A DNA stretch of 63,100 bases, counting the filler, from Catajapyx aquilonaris (Eukaryota): NCBI GenBank assembly GCA_000934665.2. It is 3 parts of 3 records of this genome, joined end to end, with 100 filler letters (N's around TTAATTAATTAA, not from the genome) between each part and the next. Parts side by side here need not be neighbours in the genome. Positions count along the whole stretch, not along the records: positions 21,047 to 42,061 come from JYFJ02006158.1; 2 more parts are not named here. One strand, written 5' to 3'. Each line of letters starts with the position of its first letter. The first letter of the stretch is position 1. The position numbers and the translations under genes were made by a program. Under the pieces are notes generated by a model. That model was not told where the DNA came from. It made no database searches and saw nothing but the letters and a program-made list of their open reading frames with translations. This document shows, piece after piece, positions 25,393 through 37,400 of the stretch.

Positions 25393-25665
25393 TCATACCC
25401 CATTATCAGCCGGCGGCTCTTTAGGGGAGATTTTTTTGACTGGAACTCTTATTCGTTTCGTTTTTACTGCGCTTTTTGGGATAGGATAGAAAAGGAAGGA
25501 GGCGGCTGTGGCCTATTAGTTTAGGAAACAACTCCGGAATTCTCCTGGAGGAACCGTGGGAAACCACAGAAAACCACGGTTAGAGTTGCCGGCACCGGGA
25601 TTCGAACCCAGGACCTCCCGATTAGCAGTCGGATACCATATCCCCTCCGCCACCCCTGCTTCGGT
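25318..25665 (-). mobile_element. tRNA-derived SINE with (ATT)n tail
   Basis: Minus-strand A box TGGCGGAGGGG and B box GGTTCGAATCC; 12-bp TSD ATTAAGTTTTAT at 25306-25317 and 25666-25677. Confidence 0.85.
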
Positions 25666-26871
25666 ATTAAGTTTTATTGAAGTCTATCTAAAATACAGAA
25701 TCCTGAATAGCCCTTGAAAGTCGTCAAAGATAGTCGCTTTATACTGAATGGACTCGCTTTGCGAGGCAGGGGGCTCCATCCCCACCACACCTCCCCTTTG
25801 GGGCTGCGACCCAATTGGCGCGCCTTCGGCGCGAATGGTCAGGCCCCGGGCAGTCCCCGTAACTATGCGAGGCCCGCTGCAGCTGCAGCAGGCTGCCCCC
25901 ACGACCGCCACACTCCGACGCGAAGACTGCACGTTTTTTACGAGAAAATTTGTTGTAGTCAGGGCTCATCTGCTTACTAAATACTAATCATCCACCACTG
26001 ACGTCACCGATACAGGTGGAGCCATCCGAACGCGTCTGTGACGTATCATTGCCACGGCAGGTTTGAGTAGTGTAAGCAGATGACAGCGGGTGGAGGGAAG
26101 TGGGTGGGCCATTGTTCTCGGGCTTAAAGAACATCTGGGCAAAGCAGGGAATTAAAAATGTCGTTTTGGGGCCATATCTCGAAAGCGGCTGGGAAATTAG
26201 CGATTATGAAGATTTTTGGAGATAGTAAACCGGGGGCAAGGAATCCAACGGTGTAAATCCGAGGTCTTTGCGACGCAGGGAAGTGCGAAATCTTTTCCAT
26301 CCTATATCCTCGCTTTATATATACTTGACTCGCTTTGCGGGGCGGGGAGACTTCGCCCCCTCCCCCCCCCCCCCCCNCCCGTGGGGCTGTGCCCCACTTG
26401 CGCGCCTGCGGCGCTAATTGGTCCGCTCCCGCGCAGGTCCTCCTCGGCCTCTGTAACTCTCCGAGACCCAGTGCACCCGGTCGCCCCACACCACACCTAC
26501 CCCACTCTGCGATGCGAACAGAGGAAGTCTTTTTACCCAAAAATTCTTGAGAGAAAGTCGCTTTCAAACAAAGATGGAGATTCCGGTTGCCACATTAAAA
26601 TATGCTGCTGATCAGCGAAGTGCAATAACATGCGAGCGTTTACAATGTGCCAGTGCTCCAGTACCAGAATAATTCGAACATCGGCGTTATTCACCATTTT
26701 GACTTTTTGTCTAGGTGGGAGGCAGAACTATCTGGCCCCAAGCCATGCAACCCTGAAGTACTCAACCTTTAAGATGGGGATATAGAGAATCCGGACTTCT
26801 TAGAGTTCCAACTCTGGGCGAAAGAGGAGACAGTGGATCCCACCCGCCCTACATAAAAGAAGGGTCGCGTT

Positions 26872-28041
26872 CAGCGCCGGATTTAGGAATTTGCCGCCCC
26901 TAGGCACTGCGTAACATGCCCCCCCCCCCTCTTCCAGCGACATTACGCGTCAATTGCACAACATTCGCAATAGTAAGAAGTAAGGTAACTATTTTTTAAA
27001 GTAGGGGGTCATTTTTGGTTGTTGTTTTTTTCCCCTGGCGATCCTGACCATTATTTTCACCTTCATTGTGTCAATTATCGGTACAATGAAGGTTAAATGG
27101 CCAATGTGGAATAGAACAAGTTGGCCATATGTATTACGAGAGGAATCTTATTCCTTAGGAAGGGAGGACCTTATCCACCCAATAAATATGATATGCACAC
27201 TACTAGAATTACGTGTCATGAGATGCAGCACAAATAAAACTCATTTAGAAATATTTTTGACCAGGCAGACTAATATTATTAGTGAAAGCATATACTTACA
27301 TTACTTCACTACTAGATCCAATATTGTCGGAATATACTGTCTAACATCTCATTTCCAATTCACACAATACAAAACAAGGGTAGAAGGACTAGTAATGCAC
27401 TAATACTGTAGGAGTCACGGTAGCTCCGAGTGGAAAACCAATAATTTCAATATGCACCTTAAATCATGTAGCAGGAGCGGTGCGGACGCTAGGCACTGTA
27501 CCTTCAATATTCAATGAAACACTTTGCACCAAGGGAAGAGCCAAGGGCTGGAACTTCCTTCCTTCCTTCCTCCTTTCCTCTCCCACTATTTCGTCACCGA
27601 TCATCATGGAAATCGGCAGCAACGCCGATCCCAGCCGGATTCCGTCAACAGGAAACAATGGCTTACAGAATGCCGCCCTATGCGCTTTGCCCATCACCTC
27701 CTCTCTCAACAATCTGGTCTCCTCTTGTACGATGTAAGCAGCCTGCTGCCTGTCGCGTAAATGTTTATGATCTGTTCTTCATTTACTTTTTTGTATGCCT
27801 AAATTTGCCGCCCTTTGTCCCCCTCCTTCTCTCAACACTCCGGTCTCCTCTTACAAGTACGTAAGCCTAAGCTTCCTCTCGCGTAATTTTTTATTATTAA
27901 TTCTTCGTAATTCTTTTAGGGCGGAATATTTCAAGGGGCGGCAAAATTTAGGGGGGAAAAAATGTATGCCTAAATTTTGCCGCCCCATTGAAATCTGTCG
28001 CCCTAGGCAACTGCCTAGGTCTTGCCGTAAATACGGCGCTG
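26872..28041. mobile_element. Non-autonomous hAT element (1170 bp)
   Basis: TIR CAGCGCCG(G/T)ATTTA; 8-bp TSD GTCGCGTT; subterminal TTTGCCGCCCC repeats. Confidence 0.85.
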
Positions 28042-28259
28042 GTCGCGTTTGCGGTTGACCATTCCCTATAGGCACAATAAAAACCGTGAAAATTAGGGTT
28101 CCTCCAACTTGTAGTAGTTTCAAATCAGTCAAATTTTGACAAAATTATTATTTGCCGAAAGGTTATAGCTAAACCTAAAAATCGGCTTCATTGGTCAGGA
28201 GCACCCATTTTTTGCGTATTTTTGGGTGATTGTCACGACATCACTTAAAAATTCACTAC

Positions 28260-28598
28260 GGTGCATTTTTTTTTGAAGTACCCCGTGATGACCTGTTTCG
28301 TCTATAGGGGGGTGGATTACCACCATTGGATGGAAAGGGCTGTTGTCTATTTTTGAATACGCCCGGACCCACGGGCAGGGAAACTGGGAGGGGATGTGCA
28401 AAGTGCATGTGCACAGACGTTGATGCGCCGTTTTGTGAACTCCCCCGGGTGGCATATGTGGAAGGATCGCCACCCGAAACGAAGCCAGAGACGGTCTTAC
28501 TCTGCGCGAGATGAAGGGGGGAACCCCGGGTTGAGATTGAACCCGGGACCTTAACATCCGCGGGCGCATACGTTACCGCAGCGCCACTTCGCCTCCCC
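28260..28598 (-). mobile_element. tRNA-derived SINE family A copy
   Basis: Head GTGGCGCTGCGGTAACG...CCGGGTTCAATC; homologous to the copies at 32105-32800 and 51393-51756. Confidence 0.7.
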
Positions 28599-28655
28599 GC
28601 TCTACGGTGTAAATTACTCCCCTCCCGCATGCAAATGACTTTTAAAAATACTGCA

Positions 28656-29507
28656 TTAGGGGCATTAGGTGGTCTAGTGGTTACGCCACTGGCCAGCAAA
28701 GCGGGAGGCCGAGGTTCAAACCCCGTCACCTCTGCTTGGCCGGGTCTTTTTCCGCTTTTCACCCGACATGCCGGGGCAGAATCGCACTCCCTTCTCTGCT
28801 CGGGGCCAAGAGAAAAGGCCTGGTGTTCAAGAATGTCAAAAATGGCTATCGCACGGCGCCCTCCCTTGGGAACTTCCCCTTCCCCCCTAAGAGGGCCTCG
28901 AGCCCTATCAAGGGGTAACAAAAAAATTATATTAATAATATGGAAAAAGTACCACACACATGGGTAAGAGAGAGGTCAGTTACACTTACACAGAAAAAAA
29001 TTTCGGTTCTGCTGTTGTTAGTTAGAGAGATTTTTACTTCCCAATTCTCTTTATCCCCCCCCCCCCCCTTAACAAACACTTGTGGTATTCGTCTTGTGTA
29101 AAACTTTTGCCGGAAAATGAGTATAACGGACTAAAACTAAAACTAAAATTTCTAGTGTATGGACCTTTTTAGATCCACAGACCAAGGTCGAGTTCAATCC
29201 GATGCAAAGCTTAGAAAATTATAAGGTCTCTTACTCTAGTTTTTTGTGTGTATTACCCCGTGATTAGGGTCTTGCGCCATTTTAGTGGGGGAAGGGGAGT
29301 TTCCCAAGGGAGGGCGCTGTTAAATAGTTTTTAGTCATTTCAGATCCTCTTAAATACCAGAACTTTTCTCTTGGCCCTGGGCAGAGAAGGTAGTGCTATT
29401 CTGCCCGGACATGTCGGGTGAAAGACGGAAAAAGACCCGACCAAGCTAAGGTGACGGGGTCGGCATTTGACCTCCCGCTTGACTGTCCAGTAGCATAGCC
29501 ACTAGAC
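28656..29507. repeat. Inverted pair of SINE family B copies (~28656-28900 + and ~29290-29507 -)
   Basis: tRNA-like head GGTCTAGTGG...GGTTCAAACC with a shared body in opposite orientations. Confidence 0.65.
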
Positions 29508-29579
29508 CCCCCCCCCCCTCCCTCCTCTGTTACACTAGTTCACTGCTTCCTCTTATTCCTAACCTCCCTACCAATAAGG

Positions 29580-30225
29580 CAGTGCTTCCCAAACTGTGAA
29601 AATAATATTTTGGGTCTCGAGGGAGGGTTAGAAATTAATTTCACAAAATGATGCTATTTTTCTTGAAATCATGGCCATAACGTAAGGTCATTTCACTGTT
29701 TACCTGTCTTTTCATGTTGGCGGATCGAATTGTGCACATACAGGGTGTATCTGAACTCAGTGCCCCGACGTATATGACTGCCTTCATAGCCACCAGAGGA
29801 TCGATTTAAGTATAGGAATCATTATGTTTGGCCGCCGCATTACGGAGATAATTGGCCGCAAACATGTAGTACAAAATATCCTGTCGGTTAGGCCACCCAT
29901 CGAACCCTCCCCAGTCAGAAGGCTCTGGAAGGTCTGGGGGCGGGACTTTGTTGGTTTGTTGCCCACAGGTGGTAAGGCCTCTTTGGCTAGTTACACCAGA
30001 AAATTCTATTTAAAAGTCAGAAGGAGCGATTAGGCAAAAATCGCTAAAGAGTGTATCTCCGTAATGCGGCGGCCAAACATAATGATTCCTATACTTAAAT
30101 CGATCCTCTGGTGGCTAGGAAGGCAGTCATATACGCCAGGGCACTGAGTTCAGATACACCCTGTATAGATGGGTCGCAAATTTCGCGAGAGGGGGGTCCC
30201 CAAGGAAAGAAATTGGGAAGCACTG
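29580..30225. mobile_element. hAT MITE with a nested Tc1/mariner MITE
   Basis: TIR CAGTGCTTCCCAA; 8-bp TSD CAATAAGG. Confidence 0.85.
29741..30163. mobile_element. Tc1/mariner-type MITE
   Basis: TA|CAGGGTGTATCTGAACTCAGTGCCC TIR of ~110 bp; TA TSD. Confidence 0.88.
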
Positions 30226-32104
30226 CAATAAGGGAACATATCTGAATATTATAAACTAATCAGTATTTAAAAGGTTAACGCCATTCATCATATCCTTCTC
30301 AGAACCTTTAATATCGACTTACCTAGAATGTCTCATGCAAAGGTGGGAATAACTGCTGACACCCAGATGAATGGCTCAATAGGCTACATAGCAGAACCTA
30401 GGGATCTTTCCTTTCCTTGCCGGTATTCAGGCAACACTGTACACAAGAAATATGACCGCCGATCGCCATTCGTTTCACAGGGAAGCATACTCCCCCGGAA
30501 AGGTACGAAAATCTAGGCGCTCACTCGCAAAGCATTTAATATCAGGGGGTAATATATTGGGTTTTTCCCGCTCTGCCTGGGGATTAGGTTAGATTGGTAT
30601 CCGTCGGAATGGAAATGGTCGAGTCGGGAGCACGTGTTGTTTGGCGAGTCGGGGGGCAATCCGTCAGAGGCGCTGTTACCCGCCTGCAGGGGGTCCGCCC
30701 CCAGGAACAAAGAAAAAAAGAAAGAAAGTCGGCAGCAGAAAAGGAGAAAAACGCTGTAGAAGGACAGAGGCCAATGACTCGACCGGGATATAAATCCGGG
30801 CTGGGAGAATGGCTCCCAAGCCGCGCGATGGCTTTGGGGGGAAAATAGGCGGAAAAGGAGGCGAGGGAAAGTCTCTTTATTGCCTGCAGGAGCCTAGGGA
30901 AAGAAAGAGTAAGGGAGGAGGGTGGCAGGGGGGAGGAGGGGTGGCAGAGGATAAAGTTCCACCAAAAACCTCAACAACGTTGCTGAGGAAAACTTGGCCT
31001 AAACTTGGAACCTACGTGTGTCCTTTTGCACGCCGCGCCGCCACGTTTATTTCCTTGGCTCAATGCGTGTTGGACCGACTCGTCATCTCTAGTGGTCACT
31101 TGGGCTGTGGGGGAAAAGCTATCACTTAGAGCTGGACGCAGGTACCGTCTTCCTTATGCCCAATGATTCCTTCAAGTGTTTCCCCACAAGTAATATTATT
31201 CCAGTTGTACCGCAGGTTATTTGTCAGATTCTCTGAAGACAGATTATTATTGGACGGACCTTACTGAAGTGCATAGCAAGGTGTGAAGAAAGCATGCACT
31301 GAAGGAAAAAGCCCCATCAACACACATAGTTCTTTAGTTACCTAATCAACAGGAGTTATAGGCCCCAAACTGGCTCACATCCGACTACGTCTCCAGTAGC
31401 CTACCAAAAGGCGGTCTGGTCTATCGGTTGACACTCTTGTCACGGTACTGTGTGTATATGATCGTACGATGCACATGTGCATTTTATGAACACGTGCAGA
31501 CGCACCGATCGGTGCTTTTGTAAACGTTTCAAAATAATGTGAACTACTGTCGACAGGTAATAGCTCTCTGCTTAGGTATAGCCCAGGTTGACACCCTAGG
31601 CACGTCGCGTCGTAACCCGAGTGTAAACGGTTTCGTCTGAGGAAGCTCCTGGATGGTAGTTGAGTGTAAATGCACCTCACGTGACAGTAAGTATGGATTG
31701 TCCAAGATTGTAAGACAGTGTTCATTCACCGCCTTACTGTCGTTCATCACTTCAATCCAACAGCGATGACTCATGTCAGTAACTTGAACGAAACGAGGAG
31801 TAGTAATGTCTGGCGTATTATAGTCTTGGAGGTAGGCCATGTGTCACATGCAACCTCACTGCCCTTAATTCAACCTCAGTGGTCCTTAGCCGCATGACCC
31901 TTTGTAAGGCCCCACGTAATCTCACTTTTCATAAGTACGTATATAGAGCGTGTTTCAACTCAAAATTTCTGTAATTGCCACTAACCTTTTTATTATTGCA
32001 GTTGCTTTCTAACGGTTACTTGTGGAAGGGATGCAGATATTTTCTGTTATTATTGGTTGAAGGGAAACAGACGTTCTGAGCCATGTGATGATACTGATGA
32101 ATAA

Positions 32105-32800
32105 GGGAGTGGGAGTGGTGCTGCGGTAACGTATGTACAGGTCTTGCATTAGCTCAGGGGACGGAAGTTTGTGTGTTTTATTTTATTTTACTATGGCTGT
32201 GGGGACGTGTGTCCCCACAATTTAATTGTGGGGACATTTTCAGGTCCCCACTATTTTAGCACACGCTGTGTACTATTACAGTGGGGACGTGAAAAAAATA
32301 GTGGGGACATGTCCCCACTATTTTCATGCGGAGGGTTTCACAAAAGTTCATTTTTCTCAGCCTAGGTGAGTTAGTGTAGTGTAGATTAGGTAGGGTAGGG
32401 TAGGTTAGGTTAGGTTAGGTTAGGTTAGGTTAGTTTACACTAGCTTCGAAGAGTGGAATTTTCCCGTCCCGACAGCTAATTGAGAACAGAACTGTGTGCG
32501 CCCACGGATGATAAGGTCCCCGGTCCGAACCCAAACCGGGGTTCACCCCTTCATCTCGTGCAGAGTTGTTCCATCTCTCGCTTCGTCTCGGGTGGAAATA
32601 TCCGCTGGACTAATCCACCCGGGGGAGTTCACAAAATGAAATAAACGACATTGCACTTGCACTTTGCACATCCCCTCCTACTTACCCTTGGAACAAATAA
32701 ATATAATTACTATATATGGTTCCAAATACAAATGGTGGTATATTCCACCCCCTAAGATGGCCTACGGCGCTCTCACGGGGTACCAAAATGAAAAAAAAGA
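32105..32800 (+). mobile_element. SINE family A copy interrupted by a MITE at 32137-32495
   Basis: SINE head GCTGCGGTAACGTATGT resumes as GTGCGCCCACGG after an insert with ACAG...ATTAGCT / AGCTAAT...CTGT ends. Confidence 0.65.
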
Positions 32801-33879
32801 AAAAAGAAAAGATACTGATGAATATCCGATGGAAATGATTACTTTTGATTCAGAGGCACAATCGTGTACTGTACATACACGAGTATATCGTACTGTAAAA
32901 TTTGTACGTATATCGGACATGTAGACTGTAGTGAAACCTGTCTATAACGGACCCTTTGTATAGTGGGAACCTGTCAATTGCGGGAACGGGCATGTGCATA
33001 GGACATAAATTCCGCGTCGAGTATAGGGTAAACGTGTTCATTAATGAAAATTTTAATGTCCCGTGCGATTCCGCTATGCACAGGTTTCACTGTATTAGAC
33101 ACTGAATGCATGTCCTATGCATACATACGCCCTTCCCAGAAAAATCTTGCAATATACAGGTTTCCGCCATACAAAGGGTCCGTTACGGATAGGTTTCACT
33201 TACAGTCTGCATGTCTAAGAAGGTAGAAACTTGTCAATTACGGAAAATTTTAGGGTCCCGCACAATTCCGCTACACACAGGTTTCACTGTGTAAAATGGG
33301 GGACATTTTAAAACATATACTTGGCCTGTGCTTGGCATTATTATCGTGCAGTTTACCAAAATAATGCAATGATAAAAATTAATATTGGACTTGTTTTGCA
33401 TATTCCGGCCCAAAAGTCGTCGGCCATGTATTTACATCAATCAGTAAGAGTTCGGGCTGTAAAACTGCACTACATGTGATATCAAAATGGCAATATGAGA
33501 ACTGCTACTGGGCAAAACATTATATGGTTTCACCATAAAGGCCGGTATCGACGTGCGAGTTCCTCGTATGCGAGTCCTCTTACGCGAGAAATCTTGTACG
33601 TCGAGACGGACTCTTTGTCGCCTCAGGGCCTCTCTTGTCCCTCGAAAAGGGGATTAAAGTTGAAAATTTTCGACTTTTCCTCGTTCCTCGTATCCGGGCA
33701 TGCGCAGTTCGCTCCTCGTATGCGAGAAATCTTGTACGTGGATACCGGCCACCTATTCCCGCGGTCCGAGACGACAAAACATGGCGTCCATAAACCACGT
33801 GACAGCCGTAGCCAATAGAAAACATCCTCCTAGTTGGCCACGCTCTAGGTATAAAGGCCCACTAATGCCGCCTAATTGA

Positions 33880-34178
33880 TTCTTATGGGGCTATCTGACA
33901 GGTCGAGTGTACCGAAACAAACCACGATCCGTCGAAGCCTTGAAAGAAAACATCATCCAAGAAATTCAGGCCGTGCTAGAACATGCTGGCCAGAACCTTG
34001 CAAAATATGGAGCGTCTCATCCAGGCTTGCCTGGACGCAAATAGTGGCCATTTCCAGCGCATGTTGTGATGTCATTTCCTTTCTCACATAATGGTATTAG
34101 TTCAGTTCAAATTTCGTTGCAATATCTTCATCAGTGATAAAGTTATTAAAGATATGGCGGGTAAAGTTGGACACCCTG
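33880..34178 (+). pseudogene. Tc1/mariner transposase 3' relic with right TIR
   Basis: ...SGHFQRML* C-terminal motif followed by GGACACCCTG|TA. Confidence 0.55.
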
Positions 34179-34409
34179 TAGATGCTGAAAATAAATCACC
34201 TTATTATTGTTTGGTAAATGTCTGAAATACTTAACATTTGATGATCCTGTTCATTAACATTATGCCTATTACTTGCGTATCATTCTGTTTCCAAGAACTG
34301 TCAAATTCAATATTCAAATATATTTCAAATTCAATATTCAAATATATTTCAAATTCAATATTCAAATATATTTCAAATTCAATATTCAAATATATTTCAA
34401 ATTCAATAT

Positions 34410-37400
34410 TGTAGTGGTTCACGTAAAGCCAGATTAACATACAAAGTCAGGAATGATAACTATGCAGGATATCTATTCAAGAACGTCTGCCCGGTCTGCC
34501 CAGAAGGCCGACAGAACTAACAATGACCCTTTCAAATCAAACTCTCCTCTCCCTGACAACAGCAACAAACTGGTGGCCTGGCAACATACAACACTCGTTG
34601 CCGGGCCACTACATCCTTCCCCCCTTAAGCGGGATGAGAAACATCTCGTCCCACCAACGCTGCACAACAAAAAAACTCTACGTCTTCATTAAACGTCACT
34701 GTCTTCTTGCATCCCACCGGCTGCGAATTCTGCTGCTGGTCCGTCTCTCTTCTGGTTCGGGCTGGACGCGGTTTCTCCTCCAGACACTCCGGTTCAGCTT
34801 GGTTCCCTCCCGGACCATCTGTGCTCTCTTGGCCCCCCGGCCTGGTATCTACCTCAGGTGGAGGCCAATCAAGCGCATGCTGAGACACGTACCTCTTGAG
34901 GCGGTCCACGTGTACTACGCACGTCGGCTCCCTCCCTCTGCACCTCTTCTTCGGCACCAGGAGTTCTACCCGGAACGTTACTGGGCCCAACTGCTTCCGG
35001 ATACGGTAGGGTCCTGTCCATGGCCGTTGTAATTTGGGCGACCGTCCAACTTGGCGTGCCGGATGAAACACCCACACCAGATCACCTTCCTGGTAGGCAG
35101 GGGGTTCTGCTTGCCGCCTTGTCATGGCCGCCTTGTCATGGCCGCCTGTCTTTTCAGCTTAGCAGCTCTCTTCTCCTCTCATGCCGACTCTCGGTCTTCC
35201 AGCTGTGACTCTTCTGCTTCCGTTGGCAACTCCAGGTCGACTGGGAGTCTTGGTCGGCGCCCATACACCAGTTGGTACGGAGATGTTGTTTCTCCATCCG
35301 TCGATGAATTGTACGCCCACACCGCGGCAGCCACATGTTCATCCCAGTCATCTTGCTTGACGGAGTACTTTGCCAGGATTGCAGTCAGGGTCCTGTTAAA
35401 GCGTTCCACCACACCATTGCTCTGCGGGTGGTAGGGTGCCGTTCTCACTGGCCGCACGCCCATTTGTTGTAGCAGTACCCCGAAAACTTCTGCCACGAAA
35501 TGGCTTCCTCTATCGCTGATGACCACTTCAGGGATGTCGTGCCGCCAGAAGACCCTCTGCTGCAAGAAAGCACGGGCTTCTTCTGCGGACGCCGAAACCG
35601 TGGCCCTGGCTTCCACATAATTTGATAGATGATCTACAGACAGAACAATGTATTTCCACCCACTCATACTTTTGGGGAAAGGTCCCAGGTAATCTATCCC
35701 CATCCGCTGGAACGGTCGCTCCGGCACCTCCGGGGTGATGTACCTTCCGTGGGGCTTACCTGGCGGACGGTTCCGTTGTTGACACATGATACAGCCGGCG
35801 ACGTAGTTTGTCACTTCCCTCCTCATTTTGGGCCACCATGCTCTGGCCACCACTCGTTGGATCGTGCGCTACACGCCTGCGTGTCCAGCCTCAGGAGCAT
35901 CGTGACAAGACTCCAGCATTTTGCGCCTCAGGGCCCTCGGCATCGCCAGGCGACTCCTCCTATGAGAACCGACGTTCACTAGCCTGTAGAGCAGCCCTTC
36001 CCTCACCTCGAAGGACTTTTCTTCCTCTCCTTCTCCTTCAGCCTCGCGGAAACACTCTTGGAACTCAGGCTCCTGTCTCTGCATAGCTGCGAGTTCCGGC
36101 AGTGGGGCAAGCAAGTTGAGCACCTCTTCCTCCGCAGGAGACACGGGACACCTGGACAGAGCGTCGGCATTCTGATTCTGTGTCCCCTGTCGATGAACTA
36201 CCTGGTAGTGATGCTCTTGAAGCTCCAGAGACCACCGCGCCAGTCTCCCTGCTAGCTCTTTCTTCGTTGCCAGCCAACGAAGTGCAGCATGGTCGGTTAC
36301 CACCCGGAAAGGCCTTCCATACAGGTACACCCTCCACTTTCGGACGGACCACACCACTGCTAGACACTCCTTCTCCGTTGTCGAGTACTTCGTCTCTGGA
36401 TCACTCAGGGCTCGGCTGAGGTAGGGCACAACACGCCACTCTCCATCGGGCTGATGCTGGCTGAGTACGGCGCCAATTCCAACATCACTGGCATCAGTAT
36501 GGAGTTCCGTCTCAGCGTCAGGGCAGTAATGAGCCAGAATAGGAGCGGTTGTCAGTGCCCTTTTCAGTCCCTGAAATGCTTCTTCTTCAGGTCCCTCCCA
36601 ACTAAACTTGGCATGCTTCTTCAGTAAGGCTGTCAGGGGCTTGGCGGTGTCGGCAAAATTTGGTACAAATCTTCTGTAATACCCGGCGATCCCCAAAAAC
36701 TATCGTACCTGTTAAACCTTGCTCGGTCTCTCGAAATAGTCAATGGCGGCAGTCTTCTCCGGATCAGGAGAAACCCCTTCCGCCGCTATGCGGTGTCCAA
36801 GGTAAGTGGTGAACTTCTTGGCAAAACTGCACTTTTTACATTAAGCATCAGCCCCGCCTCGCTGATGGCACACAGCACCTTTTCCAACCGCCTCTGATGT
36901 TCCTCGAAAGTGGAGCCATATACTAGCACATCGTCTAAATAAAGTAAGCATGCCGTCCACTTCAATGGTCCTAGTACTTTGTCCATCAAGCGGGTAAACG
37001 TTGCTGGCGCGTTGCATAGTCCGAAAGGCATATTGTTGAATTCAAAGAGGCCATCCGGGGTGCCAAATGCCGTCTTGTGGCGATCCTCTTCGGTTACTTC
37101 CACCTGCCAGTACCCCCGACGTTAAGTCCAGGTTCGTGAAGTACTGAGCTCCACCCAGACGATCAAGAGCATCGTCGATCCTCGCCATGGGATACTGGTC
37201 CTTTTCAGTAACGGCGTTTAGACGGCGGTAGTCCAGGCAAAACCTCCACTGCCCGTTTTTCTTGCGCACGAGTAGTACTGGGGCACACCGCGCGCTCTCG
37301 CTCTCCCGGATGATGCCTCCTTCCAACATCTCGTCCACCTGCCTCCTGATCTCCGTTCGTCCTTCAGGATGAACACGCCGTGGCCTCTCTCGCACTGGAG

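Noticed and set aside
25560..25665. tRNA-like sequence with A and B boxes
   Set aside because: It is the head of a SINE with a tail and TSD; the other tRNA-like heads are likewise SINEs, not tRNA genes.
31375..31840. Possible viral HUH/NS1 or MULE-SWIM relic (KCTC...DHIHTV)
   Set aside because: Too degenerate to assign; a weak MULE resemblance only.
32386..32432. (TTAGG)n resembling the insect telomere repeat
   Set aside because: Short, internal to a MITE, and similar tracts occur at ~13170 and ~47810; not a telomere.
34301..34409. Regular short repeats suggesting a CRISPR array
   Set aside because: Head-to-tail 24-bp units with no unique spacers, no cas genes, and a eukaryotic context.
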